The notes beneath the pieces were generated by a model. That model searched no databases. It was not told the DNA's origin and worked only from the letters and a program-made list of their open reading frames with translations. Both the position numbers and the translations under genes were made by a program. Positions 27,359 to 38,866 of a stretch of DNA of 64,000 nt are shown here, in pieces. Source of the DNA: Octopus sinensis (Eukaryota); the NCBI RefSeq assembly GCF_006345805.1, contig NC_043014.1, positions 20,088,001 through 20,152,000 of the forward strand. Direction: 5' to 3'. The number at the start of each line of letters is the position of its first letter. Within the stretch, counting starts at the first letter, position 1.

Positions 27359-27465
27359 TCTACGCTGAAGAGAAAAGAAGTTTCGGTAAGATAGAATTAT
27401 TTAATATTTAATATTTAATTCTTATGCTTTCCTTAAAACTTGATTTCGAAACGTACGTCCGTAGA
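27359..27465 (+). ncRNA. Type I hammerhead ribozyme with extended stem II, array copy 1
   Basis: Stem I TCTACG/CGTAGA; CTGAAGA 27365-27371; stem II GAAA...TTTC enclosing a long hairpin (AAGTTT/AAACTT, GAATTA/TAATTC); GAA; palindromic stem III ACGTACGT; predicted GUC cleavage after 27459. Confidence 0.8.
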
Positions 27466-27954
27466 TAACTTTAAAAATGTATGATAGATTGCAGTTAATT
27501 CATTCTCTCTTACCTGTTTGTGTCAGCCTTCCAATTGCTGTTTTTACTGAGATCTCCCTTTTTAGTAGAAGAAATAGCTATAACCCTTTGACTGCTATTT
27601 CTAATTCGGTATGTGGTAAGGCAATTCGTTGCTAAACCCTTATTGCTTAGTATTACTTAAATTTTCCTCGAATGAGGCTTTTACATGCCGAAGACTACTG
27701 GTGTAATTGATATTATTCCAAATTAATTAATTTCACCCTTCATATTACGGATAACCATATTTTATCTCAGTAGATGACCACAGCATCTTTGTTGTCTACA
27801 CGCGGGTGGGAAGGGGCTGTTGACACAATCGTTTCATTCACAAATTTGAATTCGGTGATACTAGTTGCGGATTCTAGCTCGCTCTGATACTGAGTTGAGT
27901 TGGTGCCTCCTAGTATCTCAAAATTCAATATATAATCATTTATGATTATAGTAT

Positions 27955-28059
27955 TCTACGCTGAAGAGAAAAGAAGTTTCGGTAAGATAGATTATTTAAT
28001 ATTTAATATTTAATTCTTATGCTTTCTTAAAACTTGATTTCGAAACGTACGTCCGTAGA
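27955..28059 (+). ncRNA. Type I hammerhead ribozyme, array copy 2
   Basis: Same core and stems as copy 1; predicted cleavage after 28053. Confidence 0.8.
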
Positions 28060-28552
28060 TAACTTTAAAAATGTATGATAGATTGCAGTTAATTCATTCT
28101 CTCTTACCTGTTTGTGTCAGCCTTCCAATTGTTGTTTTTACTGAGATCTCCCTTTTTAGTAGAAGAAATAGCTATAACCCTTTGACTGCTATTTCTAAAT
28201 TCGGTATGTGGTAAGGCAATTCGTTGCTAACCCTTTATTGCTTAGTATTACTTAAATTTTCCTCGAATGAGGCTTTTACATGCCGAAACTACTTGGTGTA
28301 ATTGATAATTATTCCAAATTAATTAATTTCACCCTTCATTATTACGGATAACCATATTTCATCTCAGTAGATGACCACAGCATCTTGTTTTGGCTACACG
28401 CGGGTGGGAAGGGGCTGTTGACACAATCGTTTCATTCACAAATTTGAATTCGGTGATACTAGTTGCGGATTCTAGCTCGCTCTGATACTGAGTTGAGTTG
28501 GTGCCTCCTAGTATCTCAAAATTCAATATATAATCATTTATGATTATAGTAT

Positions 28553-28655
28553 TCTACGCTGAAGAGAAAAGAAGTTTCGGTAAGATAGTTATTTAATATT
28601 TAATATAATTCTTATGCTTTCCTTAAAACTTGATTTCGAAACGTACGTCCGTAGA
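28553..28655 (+). ncRNA. Type I hammerhead ribozyme, array copy 3
   Basis: Same core and stems; small deletions only in the stem II extension; predicted cleavage after 28649. Confidence 0.8.
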
Positions 28656-29146
28656 TAACTTTAAAAATGTATGATAGATTGCAGTTAATTCATTCTCTCT
28701 TACCTGTTTGTGTCAGCCTTCCAATTGCTGTTTTTACTGAGATCTCCCTTTTTAGTAGAAGAAATAGCTATAACCCTTTGACTGCTATTTCTAAATTCGG
28801 TATGTGGTAAGGCAATTCGTTGCTAAACCCTTATTGCTTAGTATTACTTAAATTTTCCTCGAATGAGGCTTTTACATGCCGAGACTACTTGGTGTAATTG
28901 ATAATTATTCCAAATTAATTAATTTCACCCTTCATTATTACGGATAACCATATTTTATCTCAGTAGATGACCACAGCATCTTGTTTTGGCTACACGCGGG
29001 TGGGAAGGGGCTGTGACCACATCGTTTCATTCACAAATTTGAATCGGTGATACTAGTTGCGGATTCTAGCTCGCTCTGATACTGAGTTGAGTTGGTGCCT
29101 CCTAGTATCTCAAAATTCAATATATAATCATTTATGATTATAGTAT

Positions 29147-29253
29147 TCTACGCTGAAGAGAAAAGAAGTTTCGGTAAGATAGAATTATTTAATATTTAAT
29201 ATTTAATTCTTATGCTTTCCTTAAAACTTGATTTCGAAACGTACGTCCGTAGA
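29147..29253 (+). ncRNA. Type I hammerhead ribozyme, array copy 4
   Basis: Identical to copy 1; predicted cleavage after 29247. Confidence 0.8.
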
Positions 29254-29544
29254 TAACTTTAAAAATGTATGATAGATTGCAGTTAATTCATTCTCTCTTA
29301 CCTGTTTGTGTCAGCCTTCCAATTGCTGTTTTTACTGAGATCTCCCTTTTTAGTAGAAGAAATAGCTATAACCCTTTGACTGCTATTTCTAAATTCGGTA
29401 TGTGGTAAGGCAATTCGTTGCTAAACCCTTATTGCTTAGTATTACTTAAATTTTCCTCGAATGAGGCTTTTACATGCCGAAGACTACTTGGTGTAATTGA
29501 TAATTATTCCAAATTAATTAATTTCACCCTTCATTATTACGGAT

Positions 29545-29622
<78 letters not shown>

Positions 29623-29959
29623 TATATAAATGACTCAAGTTGAATTAACTTGGCTTTAGGCTAGGCTAGGCCGAATTTTCTTGTCTCTAGGCTAAACCGA
29701 TAATAATCATTCCCAGTTCTGTACTTTATTTATGAATGCATTTTCAATAATTCATGGTTAATAAAAACCTATTTTAGGCTTACAAACAAACAATTTTTAT
29801 TTTGTAATACAGCACGATAAAAAAATAATCTAAATTTACGAATACAATTTGGCGGAGTTTACCGTACATCGCAGACGCTTTATTTATGAATGCGATTTTG
29901 CTTTAGAAAAAAAAAATTATTTTAAATTTACCAACACGTACATGCAATTTGGTGGTTTA

Positions 29960-30980
29960 CATCGCGGATGTAGATGGTTGTTGATCGTCAAAATCAACAG
30001 CTGACTCTGGTTGTTCTTGCCGTTCAATGCGCTTAAAAACCTGATTGAGAGTTCCTTGAACTGCCGTCTTCTTTTCCTCAAGGATTACATTATAAAGAGC
30101 AAAAGCTTCTTGAAAATCCTCCATAATCTTGGAAAACTGTGAGCATTTGGATCCAAATCCTCGAACATAGAAATACCTTTTTCGATATATGCAAATGCTT
30201 GCTGCATTTTCTTAATGGTAAAGTGATGTGGCTCAGGTTCGACTTCCTCTACTTCTTTATTTTGCTGCTCATAAAGCTCTATCAAATCCTCGTTCGTTAG
30301 GGCATGCTTGTCGTTTTCAAATATATCTGTCAAATCCTCCTCCTACAAATCCATTTCTAGTTCTTTGCTCGTAGTCACTAACTTTTTGTTGATGGTAACA
30401 TTATCAAACCCCTTGCAGGCATAGTTTCCTCCATATACCATTCATAGCTAGTTTATCCTCCAGCGTTATAGCATGACGCTTAGCACTTTCATTATGAATT
30501 TTCTTAGGAGCCGGGTGGGGGCGAGCAAAAAATGAAGTCACAAATGAATGAGAATGAGAAAGTAGCTGATAAACAGGCGTGAACAGATCTGAATTCAAAT
30601 CAATCGCGGGAATCACAAGTGACAACGACGCCTAGCGATAGATATTGGAACTAAAGTGCAATATGACCTCCGAAAGACCGATAAATAAGACAACTCAGCT
30701 GGTTTTATTATTTCGTTCACTAACTACACTACTTTATGGTGTGTATCTTAACATTGACAGTACTTAATTTAATATGATTTCATATGCTTATATTCGTACA
30801 GTAACATGATTTTATGTGCTTTAACGGTTTTCTAGTGATTTTACGATTGCAATATTTGTGGCGGACAGATGAAAAGTCGTGTAAAATTACTTAAGTAGAT
30901 TTTTATTTTTCCATACATTTTTGAAAACCGACGTATAATCGAGAACGACTTAAATCGAAACAACTAGAGTCGAAGTATAT
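29960..30980 (-). mobile_element. Internally deleted pogo/Tigger-like DNA transposon (ends approximate)
   Basis: N-terminal APKKIHNESAKRHAITLEDKL is joined to NGIWRKLC and to the C-terminal LTNEDLIELYEQ..EPHHFTIKKMQQAFAYIEKGISMFEDLDPN, similar to Tigger1 transposase ends. Confidence 0.7.
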
Positions 30981-32130
30981 TTTTAGAATATCTCGAAGCA
31001 CACACTGAAAGCTATAAATAACAGCCTGTAAATATTGGGATAAAAAATCTTCTGGGTTAGAAAACGTGGAAGGCTGCGCGTGGTACTCGAACCCACATCT
31101 CCTGTAGATAAGACACGTTCCAAAATTTCAACCCACTATTTGCATGACATTGTTTATAGTTCATGTGCGTGCTTCCAGGCATACAAAAAAGAATTATTTC
31201 ACATATCTCGATTTTTTTTAGTTTTTTGAGACGTCAATATACGTGCGCGCGCGGTGTAGATTATATTGCCCGGCAATTTTCCAACCGGTATGACATAACA
31301 TCATTTTACATCATACGATATCACTATAACAAGATCATTACAGTCTTCGCTTTTATACCGTGTTCTTTATTCAATTGATATTGTTCAATAAGTGAATAAA
31401 ATCGGCGCCACACTTATTTCCTTCTTTCGAACATGCAATTTATACATAGTACATATATACACATACACGTATACATGCTTACATGCTTACATACGTACAC
31501 AAATACATGTATGCATGCATGCATGCATATATACATACAGGTATGTATGGTTGCTTGCATACATACAGACACTTACACAGACATACAGGTGCTAATCGAG
31601 GTAGAATGGTTGACTAGTCGGCGAATATGGATATCAGTGGCCTGTCTCCTCTAAATCCAATGACGAATACTACAATTTTCTTGGAACAGAAGAGAATATT
31701 GTAAATATTAGCGCTTGGGTAATTTAATTTGACAAGGGAATGCTTCAGCAGAGTCTCGAATATATCGAAGTAAGAAATATCCGCATTTGATAAAGCATTT
31801 TCACGTAATTCTTCTACAGTGCCAGTTTTGTACGAAAATTTAGAGTACTAGACGGTACAACTGAAGAAATCTTCAACTAGGATGTGAATTCCACGAAAGC
31901 ATATGCCACGATTGGCAATATTAACAGCAGCAGTAACAGCATCTATGGTTGGATGGTGGTATAAGGTCAGATCAAAAACGGTAACTTATCACTAAGTCTA
32001 AACCTATTGAAGAGACAAGTGAAAAATATACACTTCACTTATATATATATATTTCACGTGTATATTTTCACAGCAGGGAAAATAACATCCCGAGAGGAAC
32101 GGATACATGAAATAAAATTCACTATATAAT

Positions 32131-32228
32131 AAGGTAGTGAGCTGGCAGAATTGTTAGCACGTCGAGCAAAATGATTTGCGCCATTTCGTCCGTCTTTATG
32201 TTCTGAGCTCAAATTCTGCCGATGTCCA
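32131..32228 (+). mobile_element. SINE head fragment (main family)
   Basis: AAGGTAGTGAGCTGGCAGAATTGTTAGCACG...CTGAGCTCAAATTCTGCC. Confidence 0.75.
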
Positions 32229-32239
32229 CATATCTACAA

Positions 32240-32520
32240 TTTGAAAACTAAGAAGCATTGATGAAAGAATCCAATAAAAACTGCGGTCAGATGCAAACTT
32301 AAAGTACCAGGATTTGTTCTACAACACGGAATGCAAATCATACATGATTTGTATTCTCTGTACCGTACAACAATACCAGATCTTATCACAATTGTAGAAA
32401 ATAGATCCAAACAATGATTGGAAAAATCCTTCCAAAAACAACGAAAGCTGCACAAGAGACAATAAATCAGTACACAGAGTGAGTTGCACATAAGTGCTTG
32501 AAAGGAAAAATGCAAACGAT
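32240..32520 (+). pseudogene. Possible decayed hAT transposase N-terminus (TTF-type zinc finger)
   Basis: One frame reads SYMICILC...SQL*KIDPNNDWKNPSK...HRVSCT, loosely matching C..C...G.NDWKN...H..C. Confidence 0.35.
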
Positions 32521-33164
32521 AGACGGAATAACACGCCAAGATCCTGGCATGTAGTATCAACAACTTTATAAAAATCTCACGTTGTAAGCTACTTCTATGT
32601 AATCATAAATCGAAAAATCCCCACCAGTTATCTTTTACAGAAAATGCAGAAAGTATCAGCTAATAACAGATAAACAAATAAACAAAACCACAATTGTAAA
32701 CGTCAGCTGCCGATTTGATGTCTAAGTGAGAAGAAAAATTAAGGCGAGTGAAGATATTTGCATTACAAACGCTTGATAAAGAGTTATCTGATCTAGGATT
32801 AAAAATACGCTTTCAACTTGAATACCTACTATAACCGGAGTAAAGTATGTGTATGAATCCGCCTGGATTACGAATCTTCAATTATCGAAGAGAGAACGTA
32901 GTTTCATAATTCCTATGCTACAAGCGATTATAATATCTGAGCTAAAAAATAGCTTAGACTAAGAAAATATAAATAATGAATTATTACCTCTAGGCAGCTA
33001 AAAGGACATGATACATTCTTCGTATTATCATATTTAACTTGTTTATAATTTTACAACCGAGCATGTGACGTCGAAATAAACACCAAATATCTAACCAGGA
33101 AAGGAATTATGCCTACAGAACTACACACACATACACACACACGCAAATACACACCATACTACAC

Positions 33165-33200
<36 letters not shown>

Positions 33201-33637
33201 ATATATATATATGTATAGATATAGGTATATATATATATGGGTTTGTGTGTGTGTGAGCGCGCACGAGTGTGTGTGTGTGTACTTGTATGTGTATGTATTT
33301 ATCTATATTCAAATTTTATTCGGGTACAAACCTTGTAGTATGCTGTGTGAAGCTCGTTCACAATTACCGGGTTACCTGACGTCAACATCAGTAGAGAAAT
33401 ACATATGCTACTGGATTTGCTTCAGGAATTCCTTTGTGTCTAGAGAGTTTATAGATCAGTCAGAAAATGAAATACACCGACAACAATAAAGATAAGTAAA
33501 ATCATAGAAACATGAAACATACACATCAAAAATCCAACGGGACAGTGCTATTAAAACAAAAAATGTGTGTTTGTGTGTTTGTGTATAGGTACATAGTTAT
33601 GTGTATATCTATGTATATATATATGTATATATATATA

Positions 33638-33711
<74 letters not shown>

Positions 33712-33725
33712 TATATACTGGTATA

Positions 33726-33858
33726 TATTAGGTTGTTTCACATGAAATTTCGTATTTGAAAGATAGCAATAGATTGCTCCGGAAGTGTTAAAGAACTGAT
33801 TTATTTAATCAAAGTATGATCCCTGTCCATTTATGAAGTTTACCCAACGTTTCTCTAT
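33726..33858 (-). mobile_element. mariner 3' end fragment with TIR
   Basis: Minus strand reads KRWVNFINGQGSYFD*, then a terminus ending GAAACAACCTAATA. Confidence 0.6.
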
Positions 33859-34160
33859 GTCATGGAGGTATGTCTGTAAAATGATAAACAGATGAAAACG
33901 AAGATGGACATATCTTTAAAAACAATTCATCTTCTGCTGTGATAACCTGTCCGAATGGTTACGTCCTCTTAACTTAGTGGTTCGGCAAATTAGACCCATA
34001 TAATAAGTACAGGGTTTACAAAAATAAGTCCTGGGTTTGATTGGTTCGAATAAAACCCTTCAAGGTAATACCCCAGCAAGGCTGCAGTCTAATGACTGAA
34101 ACAAGTAAAAGATAAAAGAAAGACACACACGTATATATATCTTTATATATACATATATAC

Positions 34161-34223
<63 letters not shown>

Positions 34224-34289
34224 GTATATATATGTGTGTGTATATATATATATATATTATATATATATATATGCATACCTATTCGAGAC

Positions 34290-35060
34290 ATTGGTCAGTT
34301 TTCAGAGAAGTAGATAGACAGTTCAAAGCGTTGCTTAGTGAAAGCAGTTATCAAGGTAAAACTAAAGAAATTCTGATCTAAAAAGACAAAAACCTGTTGG
34401 TGTTGGCAAATGTAATGAAAATATCATGAGAAATTCGTTCCAGCTAGACCTCAAAAATCGATATAACGCATTAAATGCAGGAACAGATAACTATCATTAA
34501 TGGAGTTAAATTCAAAGATATTAGAATTTATAGAGTCGGAAATAGACTAGGAATAAATGGAAGAAAGCGTAGCGAAGAGGAAACATTGTTAGAAACAGAG
34601 TGTTAAGAGGGGTAGTAGTCGCCAAAGAGAAGTATAAAGAAGTGGACAGAGAAGTAAAACAGAAACGTTGTCGCAAAGATAAGGAAAAGTGGGTTGAAAG
34701 CACAGAAGTTTCCGCTACAAAAAATGATTCATAAACCATATGGGAACTTTCAAGCAACTGTCATGGTATGGAAGCAGTGATGGAGGTATGTCTGTAAAAT
34801 GATAAACAGATGAAAACGAAGATGGACATATTAAGTTGATCATTTCCATCTGAATCTAATAAGATATTTATTTATGTCCCATTTTAAAAAATAATCTTGA
34901 AAAAGATCTTGATAAGATGACGTTGCAGGAGGTGTGCAAAGTTTTGGCTCGACTATAAAATGACAAAGCTGCAGGTACAGAATCAATCCCAGTGGAGCTT
35001 GTTGAATATAGAAGGAAAGCTACGTGGATAGCGCCACATAATCTAGCAGGACTTAACATG
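34290..35060 (+). pseudogene. Decayed RTE-like LINE fragment (linker between endonuclease and RT)
   Basis: FQLDLKNRYNAL, KEKYKEVDREVK..CRKDKEKWVE, TLQEVCKVLARL*NDKAAGTESIPVELV. Confidence 0.6.
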
Positions 35061-35685
35061 TAGTGTGATGGGAAAATACTAACGTTCGTTATTAAACTAC
35101 TGAAGAAAAGTTATGTTAATTATTGCCCAAAGTGGCAAAAAATCTCTCCCTTTGCAATGGCCACCAACTTATGTTTTGTTGTTGTACAAAAGAGAACGAG
35201 GAAGATAATTCACAGATTTTTACGAAATCCGTATTCTGAACTTCTTGAAGGGAGATCATGTCCCTGTCTTTCCTTTGCACTACAACCACAGCCATTGAGA
35301 CTGACGACTTGCAAAAGATTATTGGCAATTTAAACAAACTTTTAATGGAAAATGAGCAAAATTAATCGTATACCTAACACCTTAATAAACATAATGAAGG
35401 CAATGCATTAGAGTTTTAATTAGTCTGTGCGTATTAATTAGAGCTTGATTTGTTAACTGACTTGTCAACCTTTGGAAACTGAACAGCATGATATTAAGAA
35501 CTGAAATTTCAATTTGTAGAAGTGTGGTGCCTTGGTATTACACATGCTCTATTTGCATATTTTAGCCGATTTCCTGCAAAGTATTCTATAGCTTCATCAA
35601 ATGCTTGCAGATTTTCTACAACTTTCTGTATCAAGATATATCATAATAATATTACTAAGTGTGAATACAGTTTTATCTCTTATTA

Positions 35686-36000
35686 TAAAAGGCAGATTTT
35701 ATCTGCCTCCCTTTGGGAGTTATACAAATCTACAATATAGGATTTCTTCAATTACAATTTACCTAGCAGTTTTAAGAGTACAATGCATCGCGTCATGCCA
35801 GGTCCAGTTTTTAAAATTTAAACTCCAATTAAGCAAAATTTACAGAAAACTCACATTCTGGTGTGTGTGTCAAATGCTTTTCTTAGTCTGGTTTACACCA
35901 CACGCAAACGCACACACACAGTGGGCAACGAATAAAATGAAAGTAATTGACTTACTGTAGTGAGTGATTCTTTCACTCTGCTTCCCACTTCCTCTTTCCA
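35686..36000 (+). mobile_element. Helitron-like repeat (family B)
   Basis: A|TCTCTTATTATAAAAGGCAGATTTTATCTGCCTCC start; second copy at 805-1089 on the minus strand. 3' end not defined. Confidence 0.5.
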
Positions 36001-36185
36001 CACATACACACGCAAATATATAAATAAAATTGTAAGCTAACGTGCGTGTGTGTGAGTGGGTGTGTGTGGGTGTGCGCGTGTGTGTGTGTGTGTGTGAGGG
36101 TGCGTGTGTGTGTGTGTGCGTGTGGCGTGAGTGTGTGATAGGAAAGTTTTTTACGACGAATATAACACCTATATCCAAGTAGCAG

Positions 36186-36560
36186 AAAGATAAGACAGTA
36201 AAGTGTGATTTGAGGGAGATTTGGCTGCTATTTCTACCATGTTCTAGCTGCCATGTAGGGGTCTCCCCATAGGCTCATACATACATATATACATAGATAA
36301 GACAGTAAGGTGTGATTTGGGGGAAATTTGGCTGCTATTTCTACCAGGTCTAGCTGCCAGTAGGGGTCTCCCTCTAGGCTCATACATACATACATACATA
36401 GATAAGACATTAAGGTGTGATTTGGGGAAATTTGGCTGCTATTTCTACCAGGTCTAGCTACCATGTAGAGGTCCCCCTCATTGGCTCATATATATATACA
36501 TACATAGAGACAGTAAGGTGTGATTTGAGGGAGATTTGGCTGCTGTTTCTACCAGGTCTG
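36186..36560 (+). repeat. Tandem array of ~105-bp units (~3.5 copies), each with a hairpin and a (CATA)n tract
   Basis: AGACAGTAAGGTGTGATTTG.GGGA.ATTTGGCTGCTATTTCTACCAGGTCTAGCT recurs near 36193, 36300, 36405 and 36507. Confidence 0.85.
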
Positions 36561-36907
36561 TTAGGCCTTCTCATGTAAACTCAAGCTTTCTCATGCCTGA
36601 CCAAAGCAGAGAATGTATTCTTTTATTCTTCTGCTTGTTCAGCCATTGGTCTGTAGCCATGCTGGGGCAATGCCTTGAAGAATTGTAGTTTAATGAATCA
36701 ACTCCACTTTTATTTTTGTAAGCATTGTACTTATTCTATCTGTTTCCTTTGTCAAACCACTAGGTGACAGGGATGTAAACGAACCAACATTCGTTGTCAA
36801 GCAGTGGTGGAGGACAATCACAACACAGACACACACACACACACATACATGCATACACATATACACACATACATACATACATATATATATTGTGTGTTAT
36901 ATATATA

Positions 36908-37167
36908 TTGCAGCGTGGAAATGGTTTGTAAGCCATTTAAGAAACACACAAAAACCGTTACATTCACTTCAACATTTAAATTTAATTTGCCAAAATATTA
37001 CGCGTCGCTTTGAGACCGCGACCTGTTCACTGACAAAAATATCGTGCTAACAGGTCGCGGTCTCAAAGCGATGAAAATATTTTGACAAATTAAATTTAAA
37101 TGCTGAAGTGAATCTAACGGTTTTTGTGTGTTTCTTAAATGGCTTATAAACACCTTCAACGCTGCAA
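36908..37167. repeat. Long inverted repeat (~120-bp arms, 21-nt spacer)
   Basis: Left arm 36908-37027, right arm 37049-37167; TCGCTTTGAGACCGCGACCTGTT / AACAGGTCGCGGTCTCAAAGCGA next to the centre. Confidence 0.9.
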
Positions 37168-37332
37168 CTGTTTTCGTTCCAGCACACGATCTCAGATCAA
37201 GTCACTTGCTATGCAGTACACATCTCTGTAACTATATATATATTTATATATATATATATATATATGTATATTGGTAAAAACAGTAAGATACAAAAGAAAG
37301 AAAGAGACCTCAATATATGTAAATAGAGGAAA

Positions 37333-37728
37333 TCTTTATATATAAAAGTGAGGTTGTGTGTCTGTCTCCTACGATTTAGATTCCTAACTACTCCCACATT
37401 TTGCGGTGCAGTTTAACCAAAACCGGGTATCTTATAGTCGTGATTCATATCGAGACCGTCTGGGTAGTAGCGCGCGTCTACGATGAGTCTACGATTTAAA
37501 AAAAAATTTACCATCAATTTTTCCCATTTTTAATCCATTTTTGACATATATAAGGGAAGTACTCTCTAAAATTTATTATTAAATCTCAGAACGTAAAAAG
37601 CTACAGTAACAACCACCTCCCCCTTTGTGGTTAGCCATATTGAGATGGCTATTATACTTTACATCTCTAAAAATGCTTATATAATTATTTCCCTTACAAA
37701 CCCGAGCAACGCCGGGCGATACTGCTAG
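37333..37728 (+). mobile_element. Complete non-autonomous Helitron-like element (family A)
   Basis: Inserted between A and T; 5' TCTTTATATATAAAAG; 3' hairpin CCCGAGCAACGCCGGG then GATACTGCTAG. Confidence 0.8.
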
Positions 37729-38764
37729 TATAATATAAGTCTGAATTATTATATAATTCTGTGCGCACATTAAGCTTATTCATTTTATTTCTTAAGCCAG
37801 ACTGATAAATATGTTATGTCACGCTAACGAGTATTAGGTCAATCGCAGTGGACATAAGGGAATCTAACCTCCCGCTCCATTGATGACTTCCCTCAATCAA
37901 ATGAAAATAACAGCGCAGACTAGCAACATAGATCCTTATGTTTAGTGTCCACCCGTTTACTCTTATATCTCTTTTCTTTATAATATTAAAATGTGCCCAT
38001 GTGTTTTTGTGTATAAATATAAATAGTGTCGTATATTCCTATTTAAATAACTCAGCTAACTACAGTTGAAAGCCAGTTATTCAACACATAAGAAAGAACA
38101 CACACGTGCGCGCACTCAGAAAGACACACAAACACACTGAAGAGCGTGCACGTATTAGAATATTGACTCTTACAAAAGTAGGTTTCTTCATTTGAGTACT
38201 TATGTAGAGAGTGGTAAATTCTAAACTGAAGGAGGAATGACTTGCCTTGTGCATGTGTGTGCGTACAAGTGCATATGCATATGTGTATTTGTACGTTGTG
38301 TGTTGTGCGTTTATGTGCATTGACGAGTGTAAACATTGTTCTATATGTGGGTAAGAAACATTGCGGGCCGGTGACTGTATATGTAGCAGAGACCTTGCTT
38401 TTGTGTTTGCATGTATGCATATGTATGAGTTTCTCATTTCGTGTACGTTGTTTATACGTATATTGTTTGTATATGAGGCCGATTTATAAGTGCTTGTCAT
38501 ATTGAGATAGAAAGAGAGAGTGAAAGGAAGAGTGAGAGAGAGAGGGGGGGAGAAAGAGCTAGAGGTGAGCTGAGACAGATAACGTGAAATCTAAACAAAC
38601 GGGATGAGAGACAATAAACATGCAAATAAGAGATAGAGACAAAGGAGGTGGAAGTCAGAAAAAGAGAAAGAAAGATCAGAGTCATCGAAACCGATGGACA
38701 GTTTAAACTCTGCTAATATATAATTAAACTGGTAATAATATACATAAGTATATAACTATATTAA

Positions 38765-38866
38765 GGGAGCAAGGGCGAAAGCGACCCTTCTCCAGCATGC
38801 TTGACGTGCCGATCCCTTCAAAAAACTACCTATCGGCACTTCAAGCATGTTTTCGTCCTTGCTCCC
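38765..38866. mobile_element. 102-bp MITE with TTAA target duplication; Kolobok-like
   Basis: TTAA|GGGAGCAAGGGCGAAA...TTTCGTCCTTGCTCCC|TTAA with an inner palindrome CATGCTTGA.GTGCCGAT/ATCGGCAC.TCAAGCATG. TTAA TSD plus purine-purine termini fits Kolobok better than piggyBac. Confidence 0.6.

Larger units (their letters stand above)
27288..29545 (+). repeat. Tandem array of a ~601-bp non-coding unit (~3.8 copies) in (TA)n; retrozyme-like
   Basis: Unit starts CTGATACTGAGTTGAGTTGGTGCC. Observed periods are 594, 596 and 598; restoring copy-specific small deletions gives 601 in all three intervals. Abrupt (TA)n borders on both sides. One HHR per unit. Confidence 0.95.

Noticed and set aside
27288-29545. 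Array as a CRISPR locus or protein-coding repeat
   Set aside because: Whole units repeat with no unique spacers and no cas genes; the context is eukaryotic; stops are frequent. No minus-strand CUGANGA core was found in the unit either.
31861-31910. CTGAAGA...GAAA-GCATATGC hammerhead-like words
   Set aside because: Stem II does not close next to the core, U16.1 is missing and stem I does not pair.
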